DNA from: a virus
Virus record (IMG/VR): IMGVR_UViG_3300037454_000906
Coordinates: 128,001 to 192,000 of that record
Strand: one strand, 5' to 3'
DNA length: 64,000 nucleotides
Under the pieces are notes generated by a model. That model was not told the DNA's origin and searched no databases. It saw only the letters and a list, made by a program, of their open reading frames with translations. Positions 9,277 through 18,707 of the stretch are shown here, one piece after another (position 1 is the stretch's first letter; every line of letters begins with the position of its first letter). Position numbers and translations under genes: made by a program.

Positions 9277-9947
9277 GCGAAGAGCTGAGAACATACGACT
9301 TTCCTGTTGACCATGGGGACTTCACGACTACCGTTGAGCTGTTCTACCTGAAATCCGATGTCGACGAGCGTATACGCTCGATGAAGCAGGAAATTGGCGA
9401 ACTGAAGGACAAGCTGCGCCACTATCCGATGATGGTGTCAATCATCGCATCGGGCAATAAGAAAATCACCGAACTGGAAGCCGAACTCAGTGAACTGCGC
9501 GGCGGCAACAAGGATGTGCCGGCGAGCGCCGATTTAAACTCGACCCCAAAAACGCCGGAGGTTAACGAGACAACCAGTACGAAACCCAAGAAAACACCGG
9601 AAGAGCAAAAATTGGCCGACTACAATACGATGCTGAAAGACATCGAAAGGACAGCCGCACGCCCAATCCCGCCCGATACACAAGTACAGTACATCGGCGG
9701 CGTGCTGGATTGCTGGGAAGAACGGGGTATCCAGGTGAGCATGGTGCTTAATGCCGGAACCACAAATATATCGTGCCATCTTGTCTGGGGGCGGGAGATC
9801 AGTGTATTCCAGTATCGCCGCGAGGAACACCACGATGGGGCGCAGTTGTTGGTGGAAACTACCCTCGGGGACAAGGAAACATTCTTCAAGGCCTGGGATG
9901 CCGTTTATGGCAACGGCGACGCCAGTAAATTGTTCGGCAAATCGTAG
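9273..9947 (+). CDS. hypothetical phage protein with coiled coil
   Basis: 224 aa; heptad-like segment ...IGELKDKL...ITELEAELSEL. Confidence 0.6.
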   Translation: MSEELRTYDFPVDHGDFTTTVELFYLKSDVDERIRSMKQEIGELKDKLRHYPMMVSIIASGNKKITELEAELSELRGGNKDVPASADLNSTPKTPEVNETTSTKPKKTPEEQKLADYNTMLKDIERTAARPIPPDTQVQYIGGVLDCWEERGIQVSMVLNAGTTNISCHLVWGREISVFQYRREEHHDGAQLLVETTLGDKETFFKAWDAVYGNGDASKLFGKS

Positions 9948-9962
9948 AAAGGAGTCAGCGCA

Positions 9963-10490
9963 ATGGGAAGAGACGCCGAGAAAACCAGAATCAAGGAACT
10001 ACGCGAGTCCGTCATAGAGGCCATGCGGAATTCAGTAAAGGATCATCCGGAAAAGTACGATCCGGACCGGCTCCAGGCGGCGATTGACGCCATCGACAAG
10101 GTCAAGGACAGTAACCTTGACGCATGGCTCATTCTAGGCAAGCATATGGCCATACTCATGCGCCAGATTTCCTTCAGCAAAGAAGAACTCGACAAGATCC
10201 GTGCCGTGTTCAAGGAACTGGATTGCGAGGTGCTGATGGACTTCCAGGGCAAACAGGAGCGACGGGACCGCGACGACTGGTACTGGAAACTGAAGACTCC
10301 CACAATCGCCAAATATGCCGTCTCGGTAACCAAATGGAACCACAAGGATCCGTATGTCCTCGGGGCATGCGGCAAGTGTGGATGGGGATGGAGAGCACTG
10401 TGCACCTTCGAGCACAAGGACATCGATACTCTCGTGAAGCGTATCCGCTGCATACTCAACGAAGACATCCAGTACGGGGAGGACGACTAA
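9963..10490 (+). CDS. hypothetical protein
   Basis: 175 aa; AAGGAG RBS. Confidence 0.65.
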   Translation: MGRDAEKTRIKELRESVIEAMRNSVKDHPEKYDPDRLQAAIDAIDKVKDSNLDAWLILGKHMAILMRQISFSKEELDKIRAVFKELDCEVLMDFQGKQERRDRDDWYWKLKTPTIAKYAVSVTKWNHKDPYVLGACGKCGWGWRALCTFEHKDIDTLVKRIRCILNEDIQYGEDD

Positions 10491-11035
10491 TGCTTGACAG
10501 AATTTATCCCAAGCCAGAAAACCAGTTTCTCAAGCACGGTGTCGACCAGTTCACCTATGACGAGACCGAGAAACTGCCGTATGACACGTGCGACTACTCG
10601 AGCGACCTGCTGACTCTTGAAGACTACATCAGCATATCGCGTGAATACGGCTTGAAGATTCTCATCTATCGCGGCTATGGCATATATTGCAACGGGTACG
10701 AACACAACCGTCGATACTTGGCATTATACAAGGATGTACCGGTATGGACATGCACATTCCCTCGCTACGAATGGCGTTTGTTCAATAACGAAATGCGTCT
10801 GCTTGATGACGTGGAACATAACGAAGATTGGACTGACGGGCATGCGTGGATGATTCCCCTGGACCGTTGCTACATACGCGAACCGGTGTTCCGCAAGTGT
10901 ATCGAGCTGATCAAGAAGTACATCGACGAATCCGGGTTCAGCCGAGAAAAGTTCGCCTCGCTAGGTGGCGAACGTGCCATCGGCCTCGACGAAATCACAA
11001 ACCCCAAGATTCAAGACATCACGGATCCGAAATAG
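10490..11035 (+). CDS. hypothetical protein
   Basis: Start reassigned to MLDRIYPK (TAATG overlap). Confidence 0.65.
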   Translation: MLDRIYPKPENQFLKHGVDQFTYDETEKLPYDTCDYSSDLLTLEDYISISREYGLKILIYRGYGIYCNGYEHNRRYLALYKDVPVWTCTFPRYEWRLFNNEMRLLDDVEHNEDWTDGHAWMIPLDRCYIREPVFRKCIELIKKYIDESGFSREKFASLGGERAIGLDEITNPKIQDITDPK

Positions 11036-11110
11036 GGGAACCCGGGCAACTTACGGCCACAGCTCCGATCTTGTCCAAGGACAGTGAATGGCCTAAGGAA
11101 AACGCGCGGT

Positions 11111-11989
11111 TTACCCAAACTCGTGTAATACTATCGACTCGTTTGACCATCCACCGGTAAGCCGACCGTCGGCATGCAATACGAAGTTTCTTATGTATGA
11201 ACCGGACATTTCGATTCTTCGTTCAAGCGCAACGTCAACATCACGGTATTCCACCATGACATCCCCCATGTGCCCATGCATGCAGTGGCACTTGGTTGAA
11301 TCCTTGCGACCGGCAAGGTTATTGGCGAACCAATTCAATATGGTGGGATTCCGTGTGCCGAAGTAGTCGGGGCGGAATAGTATGGATTTGATATCATGTT
11401 CCGATGCTGACTTTATGTAAGACTGTATCCATTCCGGGTTGATGTCAGCCGTATGCATTGTGCAGTTCAACCGGCTCCGTATTACATCCGGTTTCAACAT
11501 GTGCAATATGGCGGCCACCGTATCCAGCCCGGGAATATCCCTGTCACCGAATACGTCACGATTCGCCTCATCGTCGTAATGGTGACGGCTGATGTTCAGG
11601 TATTTCAATTTGGTCAGCCCATCAAGAAGTACAAAATTTTTCGCCAGGTATCTACCGTTGGTCGTCACTGCATAGTAGTCCAGTCCGCCGTTGTCCAATA
11701 CGTTGAACAGATTGGACAGGGTGATATAATCGGGGACGATAAGCGGTTCACCCCCGGTGACGGATACGCGGTCAACCACGCCAGCTGACACGAGTTCGGC
11801 CAAGCATTTCTCCAACGATTTCGGCGATAGTACCCTCGTGCCATGTTGCGCCGAGCAAAATGGGCAGTGGGCATTACATACGTCGGTAAACTCAACATAT
11901 AGGGTGCGCTTGGGGGAGTTGCTTGTGCAACACGAACCGTAAAACACTTGGTATTCGTTGCCAAATAGAGTCACATTATTGTATTCCAT
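11111..11989 (-). CDS. radical SAM protein
   Basis: CNAHCPFC (CxxxCxxC), VSVTGGEPL, VTTNG, LNISRHHY; promoter TTGCCC-N17-TATATA 6 nt before ATG 11989. Confidence 0.85.
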   Translation of the reverse strand: MEYNNVTLFGNEYQVFYGSCCTSNSPKRTLYVEFTDVCNAHCPFCSAQHGTRVLSPKSLEKCLAELVSAGVVDRVSVTGGEPLIVPDYITLSNLFNVLDNGGLDYYAVTTNGRYLAKNFVLLDGLTKLKYLNISRHHYDDEANRDVFGDRDIPGLDTVAAILHMLKPDVIRSRLNCTMHTADINPEWIQSYIKSASEHDIKSILFRPDYFGTRNPTILNWFANNLAGRKDSTKCHCMHGHMGDVMVEYRDVDVALERRIEMSGSYIRNFVLHADGRLTGGWSNESIVLHEFG

Positions 11990-12165
11990 GATCCATATAT
12001 AGCAATTTTTGTCCCCCTGGGCAACCGGTGGCATGGCCACGCATATATTTATATATGGCGCGTGCCCGGTATAAACTGATCGTGGAAGTCAGTGCTCATT
12101 TTTCGAGGATTTGTGAATAAGAATAACCAGCTCGTCCTTGGTAAGCGGTCGGAACGTTGAGTGAG

Positions 12166-12229
12166 TTGCAAAATACTTAATTTTTGCTATATTAAATGTT
12201 GACATGTAATGAAGTATGTCAATATTTAA
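12166..12229 (+). promoter_or_regulatory. promoter TTGCAA-N16-TATATT overlapped by a 14-bp-arm inverted repeat (operator-like)
   Basis: Arms ttaaatgttgacat (12192-12205) and atgtcaatatttaa (12216-12229), 1 mismatch, 10-nt spacer. Confidence 0.5.
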
Positions 12230-12241
12230 AGGAATGCCCAA

Positions 12242-12823
12242 ATGGATATCAATTTAACCGAATTAGGTAAATTTTCAATAGGTGCATTATGCTTTGTAAT
12301 CTGTGTATATCTTATTTGTAAATCAAAATGGACTGGCCCGATAGAAGCGGTAAAACTGGCGGTATCATATTTAACCAGTATTGGAACACGAATAAAAAAT
12401 ATATTGAAACACATTGCTTACCGACAGTTGTATGATATGGCTTGGTTCTTTAAGGAAACCGGTTACGGTGCATTACATGATTTTTTAACCGAGCTTCGTG
12501 ATAAAGCTCGAACCAAGCACGTATCGGCAAATGAGATTATTGACGGTATTAGAGAGTACGAGACCAGAGTTGATTTGACCGGCTTTGATTTTTTACACAG
12601 ATGCATTCGAATAGCAAAGAAACATTCAACGACAATTCATACGTTACTCGAACAATTATCTAAACACATTGAAACTTGTGCAAAAACTAAATATAACATC
12701 GAGGAGCTTTCCGACAACGATCGAAACACTCTCATATCGGATTGCACTAAATTGATTGACGTTCTGCAAGGATTTGTAGAATCAATCAATGAGCACCATA
12801 TACAAGTATTAATGCTATACTAA
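12242..12823 (+). CDS. hypothetical protein with N-terminal TM helix, AT-rich
   Basis: 193 aa; hydrophobic stretch FSIGALCFVICVYLIC. Confidence 0.6.
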   Translation: MDINLTELGKFSIGALCFVICVYLICKSKWTGPIEAVKLAVSYLTSIGTRIKNILKHIAYRQLYDMAWFFKETGYGALHDFLTELRDKARTKHVSANEIIDGIREYETRVDLTGFDFLHRCIRIAKKHSTTIHTLLEQLSKHIETCAKTKYNIEELSDNDRNTLISDCTKLIDVLQGFVESINEHHIQVLMLY

Positions 12824-14592
12824 ATCTGCATCAATCCACGCCGTAAGAAATCTAGGCTTCCTTGGCGGAAGTACAAGATATAATTCTGGACGTTAGGTGT
12901 CGCATTCAGCAAGTCTGTGTTACATATATCAGCGACTTTGGTTACGAACTGGTTCCTAATTGGTTTGAACCGGAAGCACAAGTCATCGAACCTGTCGTTC
13001 CCACGAGCGACGTTACGATACGTTATGAATGGCTTGTTGAATATCAAACTGAATACAGTACCGTGGTATGAATCGGTTATGACATACTTAGCTTTGTTCA
13101 TATTGCTGATAAACTGCTCACAGCTCCCATCAAATGGAAGAACTTGCGTTCCTAGTGTATTGGCTAGTTTGTTCAATGAAGACTGCCATTCGGTACTGTC
13201 GTCAAGTATATAGGCAAATATACCGTCATTATCAAGGCAAGGTGACTCATTGATAGTATTTAAGTAGAAATTAGCGTCGTGCAACATCGTCGGATCGAGC
13301 ACCGGCGTCGAGTCGACGTGGAACCATCGCCGGGTCATTACCTGACCAAACAGCTCGCGAGTCGATATGTACTTGACTTGTTTAAGCGACTCTCTAATAC
13401 GACGTATTTCGTCATCACTATATAAGTAGTCGTGATGACCGAACGAAGCTGCATAGACAACTTTTTTGATGGTTGGATGAATACAATATTTATCATTAAA
13501 TGGTACCGGCGTACAGTAAAGTCGATTCCATACTTGATCGCTACCAACCACCATCACCTGGTAACTATCATTTATTGAGTTAGACTCCCATTTACAGTGC
13601 TTATCAAAGTATTTAAGATGCCCATTGTCAATTTGGTTAGGAAATACTGGTTGGAATCCAGTATATTCTTGAATTATGCTGGAAAGCGACACCGCCTGTA
13701 AAATTCCGCCAACATTTTTGTACACTTGATCCGTGACGATGCCAATTTTCGGTTGTGTTGTGAGTTTAGTGTAAAATGAATGATATGGTGGAACCGTCAG
13801 TTTCATATCAATACAGTTGTTCTTGGTAACAAAGGAATAATCAATTTGTACCTTGTTGATATCAGCCAACTCAACCAGTTTCTGACCCTTCTCAGTATGA
13901 ATGACGACAGCGGATAACCCTCGATTGTCGCTAGGCACTTTGTCACCGAGTTGTGTGTAACCCCACAGGTCGCCAATACTAATATCGGCCACGCTGTTCG
14001 CTCTATATTTACACTCGAAACACGACTTATTTAAAATGGTATTATTTAAGAATAACTGTATATAACGATTAGTATTATGGGATTCGTATAGCTCGGTTCC
14101 ATCCTTGAACTTAATCGAAATACCATAATTTGTCCACCCGTTTCGCTTGTCACGAAAATTAACTGATTCAATTGGTTTTCCAAGTTCCCTTAAATAGCGT
14201 TGCCATGCGTTCGCATTCGGTGTTCCATGGCAAAATATATCGACCGTGTACAAGTTTTCATAGTCTTTCTTTAGGAAGGCTTTTAAACCATATATTTGGC
14301 ACGGGGTTCCCGTGTATAACACCGTCGTACCAGCTTCCAATAAGTCTTCGCAATCCTTGAATGAGGTACCAGGTTTAGCCCTCAAATATTTCGACCCCAT
14401 CATAGGCGTGATATCGGAGTTAGTTCCTTTCATAACCACACTAAAGTCCGTATCGAACACCGCGCCGAATACGTACCCATCATCGGCTAAAACTTTGCTG
14501 GCAAAAGCTGAAAACATACCCCCGCTGCTACTATTAAACCGATCGATATCATGACGATTGTATGCGGCATAGACTTGCATAATTTTAGACAT
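12820..14592 (-). CDS. fusion: coenzyme F420 hydrogenase/dehydrogenase beta-subunit-like (FrhB/FdhB) + polysaccharide pyruvyltransferase
   Basis: N-half: SSSGGMFSAFA, GSKY, GTPCQIYGLK, DIFCHGTP, SCFECKY, ADISIGDLWG. C-half: NVGGILQA, VVGSDQVWN, YAASFG, ISTRE, VLDPTML, VITDSYHGTVFSLIFNKPF. Confidence 0.85.
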   Translation of the reverse strand: MSKIMQVYAAYNRHDIDRFNSSSGGMFSAFASKVLADDGYVFGAVFDTDFSVVMKGTNSDITPMMGSKYLRAKPGTSFKDCEDLLEAGTTVLYTGTPCQIYGLKAFLKKDYENLYTVDIFCHGTPNANAWQRYLRELGKPIESVNFRDKRNGWTNYGISIKFKDGTELYESHNTNRYIQLFLNNTILNKSCFECKYRANSVADISIGDLWGYTQLGDKVPSDNRGLSAVVIHTEKGQKLVELADINKVQIDYSFVTKNNCIDMKLTVPPYHSFYTKLTTQPKIGIVTDQVYKNVGGILQAVSLSSIIQEYTGFQPVFPNQIDNGHLKYFDKHCKWESNSINDSYQVMVVGSDQVWNRLYCTPVPFNDKYCIHPTIKKVVYAASFGHHDYLYSDDEIRRIRESLKQVKYISTRELFGQVMTRRWFHVDSTPVLDPTMLHDANFYLNTINESPCLDNDGIFAYILDDSTEWQSSLNKLANTLGTQVLPFDGSCEQFISNMNKAKYVITDSYHGTVFSLIFNKPFITYRNVARGNDRFDDLCFRFKPIRNQFVTKVADICNTDLLNATPNVQNYILYFRQGSLDFLRRGLMQI

Positions 14593-14622
14593 ATTATCCT
14601 CGGATAAATAGGTTGAATGATG

Positions 14623-15366
14623 TTAGTAATTTTGAATACATTTATTCTTATCCCAAATCTTCTTCAATTCTGGGGAAACCTTCCACAGCTTATTCCACAT
14701 AGATGAAATCTGCCCCCACTGGTCACTCATAATTCGACCCATAGCGACATCTTGATTACTAGCTTGCATATGCAAGATCGAATAAGCGTCAACCGCTCTA
14801 TATCGTGTACCATTCAGAACATGCAACAGCCGCATAAATTCGTCATCCATATCCTTAAAGAACTCATGACCAAAAGTCTCATCCAACGGATAAAGTGAAT
14901 TAGGCGGATAAAGGGCAACACCATACCGAACATTGTCGATACAGCCGTTAAGTGTTAAATCGGGTAATACGTGGTTATACCCATAGATAACTCGATCTGG
15001 ATCCTTGGTATGGAGTTCCCACAGCGTAGTCAAGAAATTGTTCTTCGCCGGGGAATCGTCGTCGACCGTGATGATAGGAACATCTGGGTAAGCACGAGCC
15101 ACTGGGAAGTATTTTTTGTAAGCCTTAGTATTCGCACCAGTCCACATCAACTCAGCGTTCGGGGCTAATTTTATAACAGTAACCAGTTCGGCGGGCAGCT
15201 CAACTTCCTTCATAGGAAACTCGTCCGTACTAAGCACCAAGATAACCTTAAAGTTACACACCTTGGGCTGCTTTATAAAACTAAAAAGAGTTAATCGAAG
15301 GATTTCGCTATTGATGCGGCCCTTCCATGAAGTCATTGCAATTATGCAGTCTAGTCTTTCGCTCAT
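14623..15366 (-). CDS. glycosyltransferase-like protein (GT-A type)
   Basis: AMTSWKGRI...VILVLSTDEFP...KAYKKYFP...IITVDDD (DxD); start MSERLD has ATGA overlap with the upstream ORF. Confidence 0.7.
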   Translation of the reverse strand: MSERLDCIIAMTSWKGRINSEILRLTLFSFIKQPKVCNFKVILVLSTDEFPMKEVELPAELVTVIKLAPNAELMWTGANTKAYKKYFPVARAYPDVPIITVDDDSPAKNNFLTTLWELHTKDPDRVIYGYNHVLPDLTLNGCIDNVRYGVALYPPNSLYPLDETFGHEFFKDMDDEFMRLLHVLNGTRYRAVDAYSILHMQASNQDVAMGRIMSDQWGQISSMWNKLWKVSPELKKIWDKNKCIQNY

Positions 15367-15599
15367 ACCACCAAGTTTATACAGTCGCTTAACCGGATCG
15401 TAGCGAGGCGTAGACACGCCGATACGAATTTGCTATAAAGCACTGCTACATACTCTCGGAGACCGACTGGACGCACATCAGCCCGTACGTGGCAACTACG
15501 CACCGGTTCGAGCAAGTAGGCAACCCTTCGCAAGTCCGGAACTATGGGTACCATAGTCTCGAATGCATGGACACCCGCGAAAGTAGCCAGATTGAGCAT
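15363..15599 (-). CDS. hypothetical protein
   Basis: Stop overlaps GT start (ATGA); start uncertain. Confidence 0.4.
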   Translation of the reverse strand: MLNLATFAGVHAFETMVPIVPDLRRVAYLLEPVRSCHVRADVRPVGLREYVAVLYSKFVSACLRLATIRLSDCINLVV

Positions 15600-15618
15600 T
15601 TGTTGCTATATTAGTGGC

Positions 15619-16368
15619 ATGAAGGTATACAGAGAAGACAAACTGGTATGGGAAGGCGAACTTTCCATACGCGATGGGAAACCCTTTCCGTTATTCATCA
15701 TAGGAGAAATCCTGACCATCATAAAAAAGGATGGGACGGTGGTAGAAGGGGCCGTCCAGTCAAGAGCATGGAGCAATTCGGAAGACTTCGCCGCGGTCAT
15801 ATTGGTGTTACCCGGCGGAACAGCCGAGAAGGTCATGATCAATCCTGGGGAGATTGACACCCTCACCATCACGTACCCCGAAGTAAAGCTGGAGTTCACG
15901 GTAGAGTCCAAGACGGTTCCGCACAATGAAGGTTCGTTCTATGTCGCGGAATTCCACATAGACCAGAACGACCGGAAGAATATCGTGATTTCGTCCGTCC
16001 GCAAGCCGGGAAAGCCGAGCAGGGAGGAACTGGGCAGGTTCAGCCTCATGAGCGGAAAGTACACGGAATTGATCAAGAGCAACCCCGCGAGCGGCAAGTA
16101 TAGAGAACTGGGCTTCTATGGAAAATGGGACGATGTCCCCCTGATGCAGAACGCACTCGCGTCATATCTGTATGGGCGCATTTATAACCCGGCCAGCGGG
16201 TTCAAGATCATATCGGTCCAAGTATGGGGATACGACGCTGACCTCGGTGAGTTCATTGAATACAAGCTGCCCACGCTGGAAGATATGAATATCGTACCTG
16301 GAGGAATTACGCTGGAACAGGCCTATGCTACCCTGTTCAAGGATTTCAACGTCGACCACTGGAGGTAG
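15619..16368 (+). CDS. hypothetical protein (probably leaderless)
   Basis: TAGCCA-N17-TATATT(15607-12)-N6-ATG. Confidence 0.65.
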   Translation: MKVYREDKLVWEGELSIRDGKPFPLFIIGEILTIIKKDGTVVEGAVQSRAWSNSEDFAAVILVLPGGTAEKVMINPGEIDTLTITYPEVKLEFTVESKTVPHNEGSFYVAEFHIDQNDRKNIVISSVRKPGKPSREELGRFSLMSGKYTELIKSNPASGKYRELGFYGKWDDVPLMQNALASYLYGRIYNPASGFKIISVQVWGYDADLGEFIEYKLPTLEDMNIVPGGITLEQAYATLFKDFNVDHWR

Positions 16369-16372
16369 TTCT

Positions 16373-16672
16373 ATGGCAACCGAATCCGAACTCCGTGTCC
16401 TTTCAAGGTTGCAGACCTACTTCAACCAGCCCAACCACTTGCATACAGTCACCCAGCACTCGCGTTGTGTCCAAATCCAGAATTGGGACTGCGACATCTA
16501 CGGAGACCTATATTTGATAACACTGAATGGTCGTCTGTCATCATTGGCAAAGCTGCTCAACAATAATGGATTTTCCATAAGCTATCAAGCAAACGATATG
16601 TGCGGTGGGAAATGCTGGCACGTCTGGAAACCAACCTTTAACGAGAAACCGGCATTCCTATATTCCCCATAG
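16373..16672 (+). CDS. hypothetical protein
   Basis: GGAGG RBS, MATESELR start. Confidence 0.55.
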   Translation: MATESELRVLSRLQTYFNQPNHLHTVTQHSRCVQIQNWDCDIYGDLYLITLNGRLSSLAKLLNNNGFSISYQANDMCGGKCWHVWKPTFNEKPAFLYSP

Positions 16673-16673
16673 G

Positions 16674-17303
16674 TCAGTCTTCGTTGGAAGTCTCATCTTC
16701 TTCCGGCTCATCCTCTTCGGGTTCAGGTTCTGCCTCGTACCAGTGGACTCCGATGTTCTCTTCGTTGTATTCGAGGAACGGCCACCCGAAACTGTCCTCG
16801 CAGTTGAACTCGTCTCCGTCCGGACCGTAGTCGGGTGAGTACACGAACTTGGAATACGTGTCCTTATGTTCCACCTCTGTGTCGTTGATGATGGTAGTGT
16901 AGGTATATTCAAAACTCGTGAGCAGTTCCGGACAATTCTTCTCGACCCATTCGCGAGGAGCCGATACCAGATAGTTCTGGCTCATATCGATGTAGCCACA
17001 GCGGACACAGAGCTTGTTTTCCTTCACCCATTCCTCGTTGCGAAACGTCTGGTTGAGGTCGTTTCCTAGCCACTTGCGGAAGTTCTCGGTCGGAGGATAG
17101 TCTTGGCCGTACATCCAGTTGTTCACCGAGAAATAGATGATACCGCTGTCCATACGGTTAAAGTCTTGAAGCACGGCGTCCGGCAACCAGTCGGAATCGA
17201 ACAAGTGTTCGGAGCCGAATAACTTGTCAAGCTCGTATAGCACGTTCTGCGGGGTGTAGAGCCTGGAAAGCAGCTCCATCGAGAACTTCGTCCGATAAAT
17301 CAT
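16674..17303 (-). pseudogene. 3' portion of a phage gene split by IS607 (may be translated from an IS-supplied ATG at 17303)
   Basis: Joins in frame with 21808-21698 across the shared CGG core: ...NVIRDTR|TKFSMELL...; acidic C-terminus. Confidence 0.65.
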
Positions 17304-17305
17304 TT

Positions 17306-18697
17306 CTACACATTTCTACCAATTAAATATGTATTGGTGATTTCTTGCTTCATCGCCATGCACTGCTCTTGTGTTTCAAAGAACTGCAACCTCATGTCTT
17401 TGGGGCTGGTGTAAACCATACCTTCCCGATAGGTGACACATTGTATGTCGCCGTGGGGGCAAGCATTCGCAACGGAATTGTCGCTTACGGTGTATCTCAC
17501 CGCATTGTCATTAGTCGGGACTACTAGGTTTAGTAGCCACAGGCCATAGAACTGCAAGTTCCTGGCTGCATTGTAATCTCTGTCATGGTGATGCCCACAT
17601 ACCGGGCATACCCATTCCCTGTCATCCAGGGCCAAATCCTTGTTGTAGTATTGCCCGCAATGCGAACAGTAACGGCTAGAAGCGTAGAACTGCGGAGCGA
17701 AGAACAGCAGTATGCCTAGCCAAGCACACTTGTATTCCAGGAACTGCCGCATCCTACCGAAGTTGGCATCGAGGATAGCGGAGGCCAGCTTGTGATTTTT
17801 GGACATATTCTTCGGCTTCAAGTCTTCAAGAACAATAGCTTTTGGCTTCGTATGCTTTGCGAGGTCAGCCGTAAGCTGGTGAGCCGCATTGACTCGGATA
17901 TTGGTTATCCTTCTGTGGATTCTAGCCAGCAACTTGCGGCACCGTTCACGGTTCTTGGAGTGTTTCTTCTTGCGTGATAATGCTCGCTGGAATCTGCGGA
18001 GTCTAGCCTTTGCGTGTCGGTAGGCTTTCGGGTTGGTGTAAACGATACCGTCGCTAGTGATTGCTAAGTCCTTCACACCGAAATCGACGCCTACGATGTC
18101 CTGCTCATCGAATGAGGAGATAGATTCGTGGAATGGAACGATGTCAGCCACATAGGCGAAGGAAACATACCACTTCCCAGCAGCATCGACCGATACTGTC
18201 GCCATTGCAAGCGGTATCTTCTCGGAATCCTTCGGAATCTTGATGTAGTCCTTCTCACGGAGCTTAATTCTGCCGAGGGTAGGTATCTGTACGAAATCAC
18301 GACCGATGAACACCCCACCGGAGCAGCGGAACGAGTTGTCCTGGTTATATCGGTGGAAGCGTGGGTGCTTGGCTAGACCCTTGAAGAACCGCTTCCATGC
18401 GGAGCCGAGGTCGATGAGGGCTTCCTGGCCGCAGAACTTGGAGACTTCCGTCATCCACTTGTTATCAGGGAGCTTCTTGTAGATGCACCATTCCTTGTGC
18501 CAGTCCCTCGGCGTTCCGAGGGTGCATTTGACCTTCTCGCCTTCCGGCGTGTTGACCTTGGCTTCCTCGTAAGCCTTGTTCTGCTCGGCCAGTTTCCAGT
18601 TGTAGGCACGGCGGGAAACGGCACACATACGGTACATCGTCCGTACCTGTGCCTTGCTCGGTTTCAAGCATATCTTCCTTCCGCACTGCTGTTCCAT
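17306..18697 (-). CDS. tnpB: RNA-guided endonuclease TnpB (IS607 type)
   Basis: HTH_OrfB-like N-terminus; GVDFGVK, VLEDLK, CSHCG...CPVCG, DRDYNAARNL; C-terminal extension over the presumed omegaRNA region. Confidence 0.9.
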   Translation of the reverse strand: MEQQCGRKICLKPSKAQVRTMYRMCAVSRRAYNWKLAEQNKAYEEAKVNTPEGEKVKCTLGTPRDWHKEWCIYKKLPDNKWMTEVSKFCGQEALIDLGSAWKRFFKGLAKHPRFHRYNQDNSFRCSGGVFIGRDFVQIPTLGRIKLREKDYIKIPKDSEKIPLAMATVSVDAAGKWYVSFAYVADIVPFHESISSFDEQDIVGVDFGVKDLAITSDGIVYTNPKAYRHAKARLRRFQRALSRKKKHSKNRERCRKLLARIHRRITNIRVNAAHQLTADLAKHTKPKAIVLEDLKPKNMSKNHKLASAILDANFGRMRQFLEYKCAWLGILLFFAPQFYASSRYCSHCGQYYNKDLALDDREWVCPVCGHHHDRDYNAARNLQFYGLWLLNLVVPTNDNAVRYTVSDNSVANACPHGDIQCVTYREGMVYTSPKDMRLQFFETQEQCMAMKQEITNTYLIGRNV

Positions 18698-18707
18698 AAC
18701 TTAGCCC

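Noticed and set aside
15420-15600. Possible ncRNA on the plus strand (TGCTATAAA/TGCTACATA motifs, hairpin actatgg-gta-ccatagt)
   Set aside because: The region is covered by minus-strand ORF 15363-15599, which is ATGA-coupled to the GT gene; no recognisable RNA family.
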